Source: Anthoceros angustus
Taxonomy: Eukaryota > Plantae > Anthocerotophyta
DNA length: 64,000 bases
Direction: 5' to 3'
NCBI GenBank assembly: GCA_010909165.1
Contig: MU008171.1
Coordinates: forward strand, 496,001-560,000
The position numbers were made by a program, and so were the translations under genes. The stretch's first letter is position 1. Every line of letters starts with the position of its first letter. A model generated the notes under the pieces. The model was not told where the DNA came from and searched no databases. It saw only the letters and a program-made list of their open reading frames with translations. Positions 49,401-62,699 of the stretch are shown in pieces.

Positions 49401-51740
49401 CGGTGATGGCTCTCCTTCCCTCACCGGGTAGCTTCTATCTTGGCTTCTTCCATCGTCGTGTAAGAACCTCCTCCCTCGATATAGGTGTCACGAGGAAGGT
49501 AGAGACAAAGCGATTCTTGCTCCCTCCATCACCAAATGGTTGGTCTTGTTTCTGTTAGAATGGTGGCCCAATCCACCAACTTCCACAGGACATCTCATAT
49601 CATCATTAAATGGGAATTTCCAGTCGTCTTCCTGCAGCGCCGTTAGTCCTAGCCATATCTTGGCGAATAAATTCCACTTCCGCTCCTTGAACAAAGAGAT
49701 CCTCCAGCCATTGCCTTGCGACCATACTTCCTCCTTTGGTCGTAGGAACATGCTCATAACCTCCTCGGGATCGATTCTTGGGAGGCCGGAATGATCCCTC
49801 CCTTGTGGGCTTCGGTATCAAATCGTATCACGGAAATGTCGTACCTTCCACATCCCGGGATGACTTGATCGCATCCTCATTGGCCGTCGCCTTGGTCACT
49901 CTCATTCGTCGCACACTCCACAGACCAAGGCGGGGCTCGAAGTGCCAGGCACCAAATGTGACCATTCCATCTTCATCTCGGGCGCATGGCTCGAGCGCCT
50001 CAAATCTCGAGGTGAAATTTGGGCGGCCTACACTCGAACTCGGGGTGGGTGTTTCTTACCTTTTCCCTTGTGGGCGGTGTGGCGGGGAGGTTTCCTCCGT
50101 GGGGTACCCCGTTCCCATCCTCACTATCTTCACCATACAGCGGGGGAGCACACACAAGGATAGCAAAATTGGAGAGATTGGAGAGTAATCTATCGGGCTA
50201 AGAGTGAGCAAAAGTGGTGGTTTGGGTGAGGCAAGACAAGGGGAAAACTTCCGTGCTCTCAACAGTCGGCCTCCACACGAGAGGTGGCCTTGGCTCCCTT
50301 CAATCTCCCCTCAGTTTCTTCACACTTTGTCTCACGCCCAGCTCTTCCCTTGAGCGCCTCTCCAACAATCGCTCCTCCCGAGCACCTCCACTTTCGCGCC
50401 TGCGGACCCCTCAGAACTCCTCTTCCTTCTCTTACTCCCAGCGTCTCTCTCCTTCCTTGCCTTGGTGCCTCGCCTTGCTCGCCCTCCTTGCGCCTCGAAT
50501 CGCTCCCCGGCTCCTTGCGCTTCTCGCCCTCTCTTGCCTCGGCGTAACTCCTCTTACTCCCTTTGGTAGCCCGCCATCACCGCGAGTCACGCTGCTCGTT
50601 CAAACCACAGCTAACGAGTTGCGGTACATGCAAATCGCCTTAATGCGCTCCTCACGATGGTGCCATGTCGGTTCAAAACTCCTGGCTATTTTCTATCTAC
50701 AACTTAACTAGCCCTTTTGGCATATATAGCCATCACGGAATCTAAATAATTGAAGGCCAAGGAACTTCTTATCCCGAATATTCCCATGGTCCAAGGAACT
50801 TTGGAACCTATCATGCCTATATATATGCTCCTATCTACCCATGCTTCCTACGGATCGAGACCTCTCGAGTTGGACTCATAAGCCCGAACTTCCCTCGGAC
50901 GTCAGGCCACCTTCCTACACATCTCTATCGGTCCTACCTACTTTCTACCTACCGAAACGAGCACTACCATCCCTACCCAATCACAATGAGTCTCCCCCTT
51001 CGCGTGCAGGTGAGTGGCCCAAGGGTGCCCGTTCCATGCGGCCTGCCACATCCCCCACGACCTCACGTTCAGCCCGGCCTCCGGGGATGGCTTCCACCGC
51101 CCAAGCCGAGTCACCCCAAAGCGCCTCCTAATCCCCAGGTGCCTTCACGTTACTGCGGAGAAGTGGCCGCTTGGCTGCATCCCCACCGGCTCCTCCGTTC
51201 GGTGACCTCAAGGTTAGTCTTCGCTTTGCAGAAATCACCCGAGCACCATAGAGCTCGAGTCAGGCCAGTGCACCCATCAAAGCGTGTTGGCGAACTGGGC
51301 GTCACCGAGCTCTAAGCACATCCCTCTACCACCAATTAATCACGCACGGTGGCGCGAGGAGACTCCTCCACTCTCGAGCACGGAAGGCAAGAGCACCACA
51401 GGCCAGCGAAGATGGTACGAGATAGTCTCCCCTCTTGGGCCAGACACTCCTTTATATCCCCCAACACCCTAATCTACCCACCTATGTACCTTAACCACGG
51501 ATCGTGAAAGTAGCTACTTTTCGTGGGACTTACTCAAAAAGTAGAGCAGCCCGCTTTCTAATAGGACTTACTCGAAGTCGAGCGGCCTTGGCGGACTTAC
51601 TCAAAAGTCGAGCGCCCGCTCGGCCGGACCTCAGTCCAGACACCGCTCGGGTGGTAGCATGGTTTGGTGGTACCTTTGGTACCATATGGCTTGGTACACT
51701 TGGTTACTTTGAAAAGGATAGAGAGATGTGAGAGGGTGAC
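46430..51740 (-). mobile_element. Pol-less LTR-retroelement-like unit with decayed minus-strand coiled-coil ORF (about 50140-47700) between two related LTR-like segments
   Basis: A conserved core of about 100 bp is shared by 46630-46730 and 51052-51150. Minus-strand TATA-like motifs at about 47395 and 51450. Coiled-coil ORF 48421-48828. GGACTTACTC(A/G)AA..GT.GAGC occurs three times at 51526-51613. Confidence 0.5.
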
Positions 51741-51924
51741 TTTAAGTTTTCATTAAAATAATATTTCAATATATGTTAGTTTCACTTTTATATACTTTTA
51801 CGTTTGCTATTATTTACTTTAACTTACTTTACTTTTACTTGGATCTACTGTTTTTATCCGTGGTAAGTCAACCCTTTCTCTATGAAAGGGTGTGTCTATT
51901 CACCCTACCTAGCTTAAGTTCGGT

Positions 51925-53300
51925 TTATATGTCATTCTTCATATACTCATTGATATATAAATATATAATGTAATTGTTTAATATAGCAATTGGTCTACAA
52001 TCTATCCAATATTGTCGTAAGATGGTGTTGATTTTGTGAAATGGCTTAGGGAAGCAGAAAACCACAGCTGTCGGGCACACTTTCGTGAAGTCATCAGGCT
52101 GCATCCCATTCTGGTTAGAAACTTGCATGTGCTTTGATCTCCCCTTCCATGAACATCATAGATTGTAGCCAAAGTCACCTCGCCATATCTTGCAGTTACG
52201 CAGCGTTTGTTGCATCTGATCCATTTAGAAACCTTATTGCTCACATCACGTAGCGCGCAAAACCCTAGGCAGAACCTCCCAAACATCGTCGTAACGGCCT
52301 GATGTTTGGGCCATGTTAACCTTCACCTTCATCTGCGACTTCCCTTCCTCGTCGATTTAGCTGCTCGGATGACATCGGCCGACCCTCGCGGATTCTCCAT
52401 CGGCACCGGGACCTTCTCCTCGATTGGTTGCCTTTCCACACCTTGACCACAGGGCGTCACGGCTATTGCGGGAGCCGTGAGGGGCACATCCTCTTCATCC
52501 TCGTCATCGATAATCCATCCAAATAAGTCAGCTTTGCTCCTTGTGGAAGCGGGCCTCAGNCAACGAAGAACAGGGTAGAGCGCCACCAGAAGTGAGTTGT
52601 ACATGGGGCCATACATCCAGGAATGGTATACAATGGACATCAAGGTAGGGGCGCAGATGGGCAGGAGGACAATGGAGGGCAGGGGGGGACCGTGGGTGAC
52701 GTGATGTGTGCCCAATGGTGCAAAAACGCTGCTCATTGTGCCAGGAATGGAGGCGAGAGAGAAATGAGACATCCGCCACGGGATTCCAGCAGCTCCAATG
52801 GACTGACGGGCCACGATGGTGACGAGGAGGAAGAGAACAGGAGGTGGCGGAAGAGGAGGAGATGTGAACGAGCCGCCCAACTTTGTACCCGCATACATAC
52901 CCGCCGAGCCGAGGCCGAGAGCATGGACCGCATGGGCTCCGTAAAAGGTGACGCAAGTTATGGAGGATGGAGCCAAGAGGAAAGGAAGAGGAATGCCCGG
53001 AAGGCGATGGGGAAGGAAGAGTACACGATCGAGGGCGTGGCTGCCTCAAGGACGGACAAGCACGAATCGAGGCGAAGTGGGCGAACAAAACAAAGAGAAG
53101 GCCAAGGTAAGCTGAAATTGCAAGTGCACCGCTGACAGATATACTTACAGCCAAGGGCCATGGGAATGGCATGTCATCTTTTGCAAATCCTGTGAAATGT
53201 GTGGAATGCTGCAGCAAAGACGGAAGGAAAAAGGCCAGCAGACCGCTGAGGAAGGGGAAGGGCAAAATCGCTAGCCGTGGGAGGTGGATGCTTCCAAATC
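51925..53300 (-). pseudogene. Unidentified decayed coding relic, divergent from the ParB-MTase relic
   Basis: Protein-like pieces in shifting frames (KADLFGWIIDDEDEEDVP..; QPDDFTKVCPTAVVFCFPKPFHKINTILRQYWID). No family recognised. One N base at 52560. Confidence 0.3.
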
Positions 53301-53699
53301 CGTGACACGCATTTAGGAGTAGGTATGCTCAAACGAGAACCAAGGGCAATGTAAAATGCCCACCACAACCCCAAATTCACACTCCCGCGAGGAGGGAGTA
53401 CAGAGGTCGCGGATGGGATGCGGCTCATTCCTCCCGCTCACGAGGGAGCACTGCATCATGCGATGTGGATGCCGGTTCATTCATCCCGCGCGCGAGGGAG
53501 GACGAATCTTGGATGTGGATCCGCAGAACCGATCTTATCCGCAGGGTGCACAAACGCCTCTCGTTGTTTTTGTAGACGGGTTTCCAAAACAAGTACGTTA
53601 TACGGGACGCCAAGGGCAATAAAAAGTGAGTGACGAAAAGGCACCGCAGGGTGGAAACAAACGCTGCCATTATGCGGTGCGACCAGACAAAAAAAAGTA

Positions 53700-56600
53700 C
53701 AAATACGGATACCCACGTATACTTTTTTGAAAAGGCATGATATGTATTTCATAACGATATCGGAAAATACGCACTGCAAGCCAAGGCATATTATATACAG
53801 TCCGCACACGATAACAAGAATGGCAGGGAAACAAAGGAATATAAGCAATAATGGCAAACCAACATGGGAGGAGGATTCGTACAAGCCCGCAAAATCAGAA
53901 TAAAAGAGGATGTAACACTTGGTAGTTGCAAATATGTTGAAATTTTGAAAGGGCATACTCTCACTACACCGCAACAAAATTGCAACAAGAAACACGATCA
54001 GAATAAGATGGAGGGTTGGTTACCAACCCTGAGTGTAATAAGGGGCCAAATAAGTGTAACAAGACCCCAAGATTTCAACATAATTGCAACAAGGGGGGGT
54101 TCAAATCTTAACAAAAAGTGTAACATAGGCTGCCCTTTCTAGTAGGGACACCGCTTTTGAAATTTTGGGTAACAGGATTTGGACCAGCCAAGCCTAATCA
54201 GAGAACGAGAGTCGAATGGGTTGTCTGGGCTAACTTGGACTTGTCAAACGGAGACCCGGAGTTTGAGATGTTGTTGACAACAAAGCCACAACAATTAGAT
54301 GAAATACGCCGCCCTCATGAGTTCAAGGTTTTACCATGGCGCCTAATGTTCAAGGTGAATAAGTGCACACCGTAGGTGTTGGTGACCGTGATCATGAGAG
54401 TATGAACAACCCACAAGTAAGTATGTGATCCGATTTAATTGTGCACCTCCTCCGTCCTTTCTCGTGAAGGTGTGATTCCCGAACGTTGGCAATTGTGCAA
54501 GCTGGGAGGGCTTTCTACAAGCAATTGTGTGGTTTCATCACGTAGTTAGTTATTGACCACTGGAGAGAGATAAGCATGCGGCGTGCGAGAGCAGCGCTAC
54601 CTAGAATTATGGGAAACGATGCAACAGGTAGCTCGGAGGATGAAGAACTAGGACTTGAAGACGAGCATGACAAACCCTCGAAGGGCATGGACGAAGAGGG
54701 AAAAATATGGAATCATGCAGAGGATGAAGACATCCAACCAAGAATTTGCTATGCCTCGAGCATCTGTGGCCTTGCTCATCGTTGCATGACCTTCAGCTGA
54801 GGACGCCGCATGCTTGCCCTCCCCTTGAGTGTCCCCCGCCAACCCCACATGCCGCAGTTTATGTCTGGAACGGAGGGACGAGGCAGACGCCGCATGCCGG
54901 CCCTCCCTTCATCTTCCTGGGCCGGCGGCACCCATCCACAATGGTTGGAGCCCGCCTGATGATGTAGGTGATTTTGGGGACCAAGCACCGGAAGACCGCC
55001 ATGTGGAAAACAAGGGGTAGGGCCCGGACCATCGAGAAGGAGATCCCCAAGTCCGAATGGAAGAGGAAGACAGACCTTCCGAACGAGCTTATCATCGCGG
55101 ATGTGAGCAGGTGTGGAAGAGGAAAGGAAACATAGAAGCAGATGGCGGAAACCGAGTCAATCGCAGGATGATGTAGATGTTTCACGCAAAAGGTGAAAAG
55201 GAATTTAGCTCCTCCCATGAAGATGACATACCCATACCATCTTTCAAGATGAGGAGAGGTGCATCTTCTTTTCACGATGAGGACTATCTAACCAAAGATT
55301 CGGGATGCAGCAGCAAAGAAGGTTGTGCCCGAAACCGTGTTAGTGAAGCCGAGAACCTCAGCCCGCCTGCACCCCTCACCCGATGCATATAAGGCGGGTG
55401 GATGAGGCATGGTCCAATTACTTGGCCTTATTGGAAAGGGACGAGTGGAAGAGGGCGATGCTCTATATGATTGACCCAAAGGAGTGTGATGATCCGGAAG
55501 ACTTGACCGGAAGAAATTCAGGAAGTATGTAATGGGCGCTTGGGAGGCAATCACACATTTGCTGCTATGCAACATCTCGCGGACATTTCTAAAGAGCGAT
55601 TCAAGTGGATAGAGGCTCATGTATATTGTGGGCTTACTTTACAAGAGATGAGGGTACCGGCAATGATCACAACACAATGTGGATAAACGCTTAAGATGTC
55701 TTTGAGCGTTAGATACCTGGATGAACCGATAAGCTAGATGGCGTGCATATGTCAATGACGTTCAACTTATGGCGAATGTACTTGAAGAAGTATGATAACG
55801 GTATCCGAGGATCGACGAGGGGACGAGAAGATGATGCATACAAATGTAACAAAGTCGACAATGTAACGCACATTGTGCATAGCGGTCAAGGGAAAGTCCG
55901 GACCAATGTTGACAAGATCTTCTCAAGTGGAGGCTTGTGAATTGCCTGAGCAAAAAAAACATGTGGCAGCTGGTATGAGCAAGAAGAGCAAAGGGAAGCG
56001 CAAAGGCAATCAAGACATGAAGCGTAAAGAAGGGTGTTTGTGAAACCAAAGGAGATGGCAGCTCGGCGTTGTTTCAAGGCATTCCAACAGCGAAAGCGGC
56101 AAGAAAATGCTCATCGCAAAAAAAAGTGTCACTCTCATCGATTTGAAGGGAATGTTGATGAGATTATTTTAAAAAGTTGCATATCATTTAGGTGGCAATG
56201 GCCAAGCACCTTGGGTGTTCATCTTCGAGATGGTGAGACAGAGTATCCTCAAGACTCGACAAGTTGTCGCTAGATTCCAAACGCGCTTGAGGGCAAGGTA
56301 ATTTCAATCAAGTGATTTGAAGTGGTTGAACCGCATGAAAGGTTCTTCTGTGCGCGGGCACCGGGCGCGCATCGGCCTCTGGAGGCGCAGAGCGGGCCAC
56401 GAGAGGGCGCCAAAGATGCCGGCGCCTCCGGGACCTCATCCTTCATCTCGGCCGGAAGCCACCGGCATCATCTTCCGATTCAAGTATGAAGGCCGCGCCT
56501 AATGCTAATATTGGTTTCCTTCATGCCCGCAGAATGTATGATATTGAGGTGTTAACGTGCCCGAAATTTTCAACAATTCATTTATGAGGTGAACACATGG

Positions 56601-57600
56601 AAGGGCTTAGAGGATGAGCAAAGACAACTAGCCGACCAAGACATAGAGGATGGACTCCTTCAATTCACCGCTCCACATTCGAGAAAAGGTGCAATATCGT
56701 ACATGGAAGATATCCTCGACATGCGAGGGTACGTGAGGAAGAGAAGGTACTCTTTGTTTGTGATGGATGTACCCGTGGTTTCGAGAAAGGCCCGGCGACG
56801 GACGCTTTGATATTTGGCAAGTGGAAATGTTTTGCACCCTTCCATGATTTAATGTAATGTGATCTATCGGATGATAATCATGCATGGTGTTGAAGATGCC
56901 CATTTGAGAGAGGCTATGCGGAAGTGGTGCCGTATGGGGATTCATTTCGCTTGTCCGGGACAAGACAAACGTAAACAATGACAAAGGTGGGTTCGATCTA
57001 TTGAGTATGTGATGAGGATGGGGTTTGAGGAAGACAAGTGACTTGCAACCATGTTACAATGCTATGCAGGCACATTTAACAATGGAAGATCGGTGATTGG
57101 CCACGATCTGCAGTGAAATTGTTATATCATTCACTCGACAAACTTGTCGTCTGCCCCTACCAAAGGCCTTTGGGGTTAATGATGAAGCTCATCAAGACAT
57201 TCTCTAAGGAAGGCGACTGGATAGTGGATGCTTGTTCAGGGAGTGGGACATCTTTGATGGCTGCTTTGTTGTCTGGCCGCCATTGTATTTCTATTGAGGC
57301 TGACAAGAGGTGTGCAGAGTTCATTCCGCAGCGAGTGCATGGATATGAAGTATTGCTGATGTAGAAGAGGAGCTCACCCATGAGCCGCACCGTCGAGGAA
57401 TATCTCAGTTCTGGGCCAAGGAGGTTTGCGTGAGTGAAAAAGAAATTGGAAAGGCTCGGGACAGCCTCTGTCGCCAGGAGAATGAAAGAACATCTGGAGA
57501 CCTTTTGGATGAGGGTCAACAAACACTAGACACAAGACATGGCTGCATCGAAAGTTGATGGGATAGAGGAAGATGATGCAGAGGCAATGAAGTGAGACAC
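53700..57600 (+). pseudogene. Decayed multidomain gene: ParB/Srx-like domain plus beta-class amino DNA methyltransferase (N6_N4_Mtase-like)
   Basis: ParB-like: MHIRRVDEAW...WAL-GGNHTFAAM...AHVYCGLT..EMR..NDHN (55383-55680). MTase: YSLFVMDVP.GF (56748-56782, motif IV-like), DKTNVN..WVRSIEYV (about 56955-57015, motif VIII-like) and CPYQRPLGLMMKLIKTFSKEGDWIVDACSGSGTSLMAALLSGRHCISIEAD (about 57150-57303, motifs X-I-II). Multiple frameshifts and stops. Confidence 0.78.
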
Positions 57601-58289
57601 TCTCAAGACCTGATGATAGTCGCGCTTTAGAAACATTACCGCTGCCCCGATGTTGTATCCGGCATGTGTGTAGCAGAATCCCAGGTTGATCCCGAACCAG
57701 ACACATGTAATGCCCCAAAACCTAATCGCTACCATTGACTATGTTTTTATGTGCAAGGCCAGGTATGCCGCATCCTACTATGGGTTTAGATTACTTGATC
57801 GGTGCAACGTTTTAATAAATGTTTAGGTTTTCTTACAAATTTGATGGTGCGGGCCAAAACCACTAAAAGTATTTCTATAGGTCCATTAAATAAACAGCGT
57901 ATCTTGTAAACTAGGCTTTATTGAGTCTTGCATGCATAGTGTGTCCATTTCCGCTTACTTAAAATTGGTAAGGGACAAGAAAGAGGAACCCATGAATCAT
58001 GCTCATTATTCGACGAAAGAACATTATGGTGTTTGATATCGAGATGAAGGAAATGTGGTAGCGAGATAAAGAACACCAGAAGCTGGCTCATTCGTGGCCA
58101 ATAGAATTTGATTTACAGCCGTATGGCGCTGATTACCGATCCAAAGCAAGACAATCCCGTCGTTGTAGGAAGGAGTCCGCTCCTGGGAATGATCTGGCTT
58201 GCGCCGCATTTATTCTTACTTCACTTTGCGTCCGCTCAGCCTCAACGCACATTCATCGCGCATCTAACTACTCGCAACGCTCACCGACA

Positions 58290-61200
58290 GCCCTGTGGCT
58301 AAACGCTTAGGGACCTGCTCGCGTCCAGATCGCTCACGTCACTTGCACCTCTAGTCCGCTCTTCTCCACTCACACTACACTCATCGGGCCTTAGGGAAAA
58401 CGCGGGCTACACGACCTCCGCTGCTCGCTGCCTCCGTCCGGCTCTACACGCCTCCCGAGTCCCTCCGGCCACACACGCTCCGGCCCGCTCGACTGGCCAC
58501 CGCCTCGACGAACACGGTCCCACCACCCTCGCACACACCACCACACGTTAGGGTCCGCCACCGTAACCTTGACTGGCCTCCGGCCGTGCTCGCCAGTGAC
58601 TCAGACTCACGTTAGCAAGAAGACGACAAGGGTCTCGCAAGAAACGCATCAACACCAAGAGAAAGATACTTTACTTAGAGCAATTTCGCCTCTCTTATAC
58701 TACAAGGTCGCCTTTATTACACCCCTATTCGAGGCCAACCAAGACGCCCTAATCGCCGCCTACCATCCTATTCCTCCTCCTATCTCCTTCGCTTCCGGTG
58801 GGCGGAAGGTCCGGCCCGCCGGATTGGTGGTCCAATCTCCTAAAGCCAAGCACCTAATCGATGATCCGCGAGGCGGACCCCTTCCTCTTCCCGAATCTCG
58901 GGCGGCGGCCCCGACGATCACACTACAACGCTTCCCCCGCCCCCTGGGTCCCTTCCTAGGGGGCCACCGACTGCCCGCTTCCCCAACGCCTGAGGGGACT
59001 CCTCATTTCGAGTCCCGACTGAGGTCCCTCGACCCGAGTCGAACTCGGAGTCTCCCCCGAGTCCGGCCTGGGTCCGGCCTCATCTTCGGGTTCTGAGTGG
59101 TCCAACTTAACCGGGTCCGGCCCAAGCTCCCGACTTACCTCGGACCTCTCATCGCTAGGTCCTCATCCTTCCCACCGACCCTTGTCTTGGGTCGGCTTCC
59201 TTCCTCCTTCCGCTCTTCAAGGCCCCGCCTATCTTCCCGAGTGTGCAGCGGGACTTACCTCGGGATTCGCTAGGCCGCTGGCCCCGCCTCCTCCGATGCT
59301 CTTCTCCCGCCACTGCTGCTCCAAACAGTGGCCACTAGAGTCCCTGCCGCCCCATGCCCTTCATCCCTTCCGAGCCTTCCAGGTCCGCCTATTTGAAGCG
59401 GCACCGAGAGGTCGCCAATGTCTTAAGGAGCTCGCGGTAATAGGCAAAGTCCGAATCAACTTGTCAATTGCTCTTCCACGTGCCCGAGCACCGATACTCC
59501 CTTCGCCATAGGTGTTGTCAAGCGGTGCCGGCTTGTTGGACCACCTCCCGCCAGTTTGACTGAGCCGGGTCAGATCACGCGAGGCTACAAGGGCCGCCTG
59601 TCACCTCCGCTCACGGCCGCCCGCCTCCCTCTGCTTCGCCTCCGCTAGCTTACACCATAGCGCAGCTCCCTTCCGCTTTTCTCAATCGGACCAGCAGCCT
59701 TTTTCAAGGCCCAGGTTTCTCGCCTCCGCTCATTCTCGCTTAACTCCGCCATCTCCTCTCCAAAGTGCCGGGCAACTCGCCTCACGGGCCTCTGTGTCCT
59801 TCTCCATTTCGGCCCCGCCTCCTGCTCCATCGCTTACTCTCCGCCAACAGTAGCCGGAGCCGCTTATTTCGCTCGTGATCCGCGATCACGCCCGCATCAC
59901 CATTCCTCTCACGGTAACTTGAGCCGCAGCCTGTGGTCTCCTTGCGGTCTTCCATCTCCCCGCTGCGCCCACCACGCAATCGAGACCGAGATCCTCCATC
60001 TCCTTGCCGCTGCTTCCTCCTCCTGCATGGCCGGCCTGCACTGCCCGCCGCCTCGCCTCCTTCGTGTTAGCAGCTTATCTCGCCTCCTCCACCCGATCAC
60101 GCCGATAGTGATCACGGCCTTAGTGCGGCCTCCCTTGCCGCTTTCACTGAAGCCACCATTTGGCGCTGGGTCCACGGCCGCCCGCCTGTGCCACGAGCCT
60201 TCTCCGCTTGCGCCCGGCCTTCGCCTCCGCCGCTACTCCTCCCTGCAGAGGTCTTCCGCCTGCTTGGGCCTCAGGCTCGCCCACCGCCACCCAAATTGAA
60301 GGAATTTAGTCCCCCGCTTGATGGACCACTTCCTCCTGCCTCCCGGCTTCCTTCTCGATGCGGCCGAGAGCTTCCTCCTCGCCTCTCCGGGCCACTCCAA
60401 CCGCCTCCGGAGGAGCACCATACGCCTCGGTGGCTTCTACCTGGGTCTTCTTCCCGCAGAGACCCTAAAGCATACCGTCCCATGATTTGAGCTGTGACGT
60501 GTTTCTTCCACGGCCGCCATCGTGAGACCCCACAAAGTCCAGGGGAGGCATTTTCCGCCAAGGACCTCCATACTGCAGCCCCGAGTAAGTCCGGACTGGT
60601 TCTCCGGACCTGTCGGGGCCCTTAGGTCCCGAGGCCGAGCTCCGAGCTTCTCCCTCCTTGGCCCTCTTGGCCGCGCCTTATTTGCCCCTTCTTCCTGGGC
60701 TCCTGAGGTGAGGGGTCCGGAGCTAGCCTTTTGCCCCTTCCCTGCCGGAGACAGACTGCCCGGTGCGGCCGCCATCCTCGCCTCCTGAGCGGCCCTTCTC
60801 GCCTCCTCCTCTTCACTCTACACCGCAAGTGGTGGTGTGCACCGCCCCGAGGTGCTGGTAGACGCCTGCCTCGCTGGTTCCCGCCGAGTCCGGCTCGCCG
60901 GGCCGGGCGGTCAGGCCGGGCTACCGGAGCTGAACCGCCAACTCCCGCCTCCGCTGCTCCTCCTCCGGCTGATTGCTCCGAGGAGGCACTGAGAAGGGAA
61001 GCGGGATTTCTTCCCATACTTCCTCGGGTGGTGAGGGGTCCGCTCTGCACGATGGAGTCCTAATCCTCCCGCCCTCCTCCCGGTCCGCTTTGGCCTTAGG
61101 GGTCACCCCACGCCTTGCACGCCTGGCTTCCAGGGCCTCCACTTCCCGAGCGCCGGCCGATCTCTCCTCCTTCAGAGCTCAAATGTCCCCATACATCGTA

Positions 61201-62300
61201 TGGGGATGCCAGATGGCGAGGGCTTCGCCTCATATGGGCCTCCGAACTGGCTAAGATAATCCTTCCTCCCGCCTCTTCCTCAGAACGCATGCAGAACACT
61301 AAGAATTATCACCAAGGTGATCCACCTTGGTGAGAGTGTTCCAATGGACAATAATCCGCATGCTACTCTACTGCCAGGTGTCCGATATCAACCACCTGGT
61401 TGTCCGCTGTGTGCCTCAAGATCGCCACTGGCCCTATCTTCCTTCGCCTTGAGGGGCCTGACCACGCCCCATCTTCCTCCTTGGGCGGTTGAGCCTCAGA
61501 CCTCCAAGGTCCATCGCCTTAGATCCTCCCGAGGTTCTTGACCGAACCTCCTTGTTGGCCGCCAACATCTTCCGAACTCCTGACCAGAGTGACATCACAA
61601 ACGCCCAGACAACACTGAACACATCTCGACTAATTCCCCGCCTCCAGGCCCAAAGTCCGGATAGCCGGTCACAATGTTGCGCCTACCAGTTCCATGGCTC
61701 CTGCACTCCGCAGCCTTTTGGGTGCCACGCCTTCTTCTCCTCGTCAGTGGCCGGGCCGGAGTCCGCCGGCACGATGCGCCGCCGCTGTCACCGCCCAACC
61801 CCGACGGTGAGCTGAAGATGCTGGCGCCAAAGAGATAGCGCCAGAGCCGGGTTGCGACAAGAGATCGCGAATTGTCTCGAGGTCGCGAAATGACCTCCGC
61901 CGCCGCTTTGGGAGTAACCGGGCTGAAGGCGCCTCGCCCAGAATCGCTGTGAGGTCCGCATGGCTTACTCGACCTTACGCCCGCTTACTCGCCTTACGCC
62001 ACAGATTGCCTTACCGCACTGGGCGTGAATACCGCTATAACTCTGCAAGGCTACGGCCCGACCGCCGCATGCCCGACCTCCACTGGCCGCCCACGTGGCG
62101 CCGCTTAGTCCGCCTCACGACTCAACTTCTAAGTTACTTCTCGGCGATTTATCCTGCTTTGACCCGAGTGGGGTCCTGACTTATCCTGCTACACACGTAG
62201 TCCGGAGCTCGCCATAGTGGTACCGGCACGTTGCCCACTCCGAGTCTGAGTATACTCCGAGTCCACCCCGAGCGCCATCCGTGCTTATTCCTCCTTTTCC
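58290..62300 (-). mobile_element. Third GC-rich pol-less retroelement-like unit with decayed minus-strand R/E/G-rich ORF
   Basis: LTR-like segment with minus-strand TATA-like motif (about 58706) and hairpin-rich GC tract at 59000-59270. Low-complexity minus ORF pieces at 59600-61500. No pol motifs seen. Confidence 0.4.
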
Positions 62301-62699
62301 GCCTTATTTTACTATTCCAACCTACCAAAAAAACAAAACCCCACTTAATTCCTACCCCCCAAGGGAAGTCCATAGTCCACAGTCACCATTGTCTAATAGA
62401 TTATCTTGTTGATAATAAAGACAGACATACTTGTCCCACATCTTGTCCTCTTTCCTCACATCTCGTTGGTTGTCGCCAGCATCCCAGGTGGCTGGGATCA
62501 CTTTTTACTGTTCGCGGGATTAGGATTTTGCCTAGTTCTTCTTTTACTTTGATGCTTTGGTAGTTAGCCGATAAGCCTATTTTGCAGACTTGTTAAAAAT
62601 TTGTTTAAGTGATAAGCCTATTTTGGAGGCTTACCCGAACCGTGAAGCTCAGTGCTTCACAGACTCTGATATGAGCCATGACCTAATGTGGCCATGGAC

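Noticed and set aside
62570-62640. TAAGCCT-N7-AGGCTTA hairpin as a Helitron 3' end
   Set aside because: No CTRR terminus follows, and no Rep/helicase or 5' TC boundary is evident.
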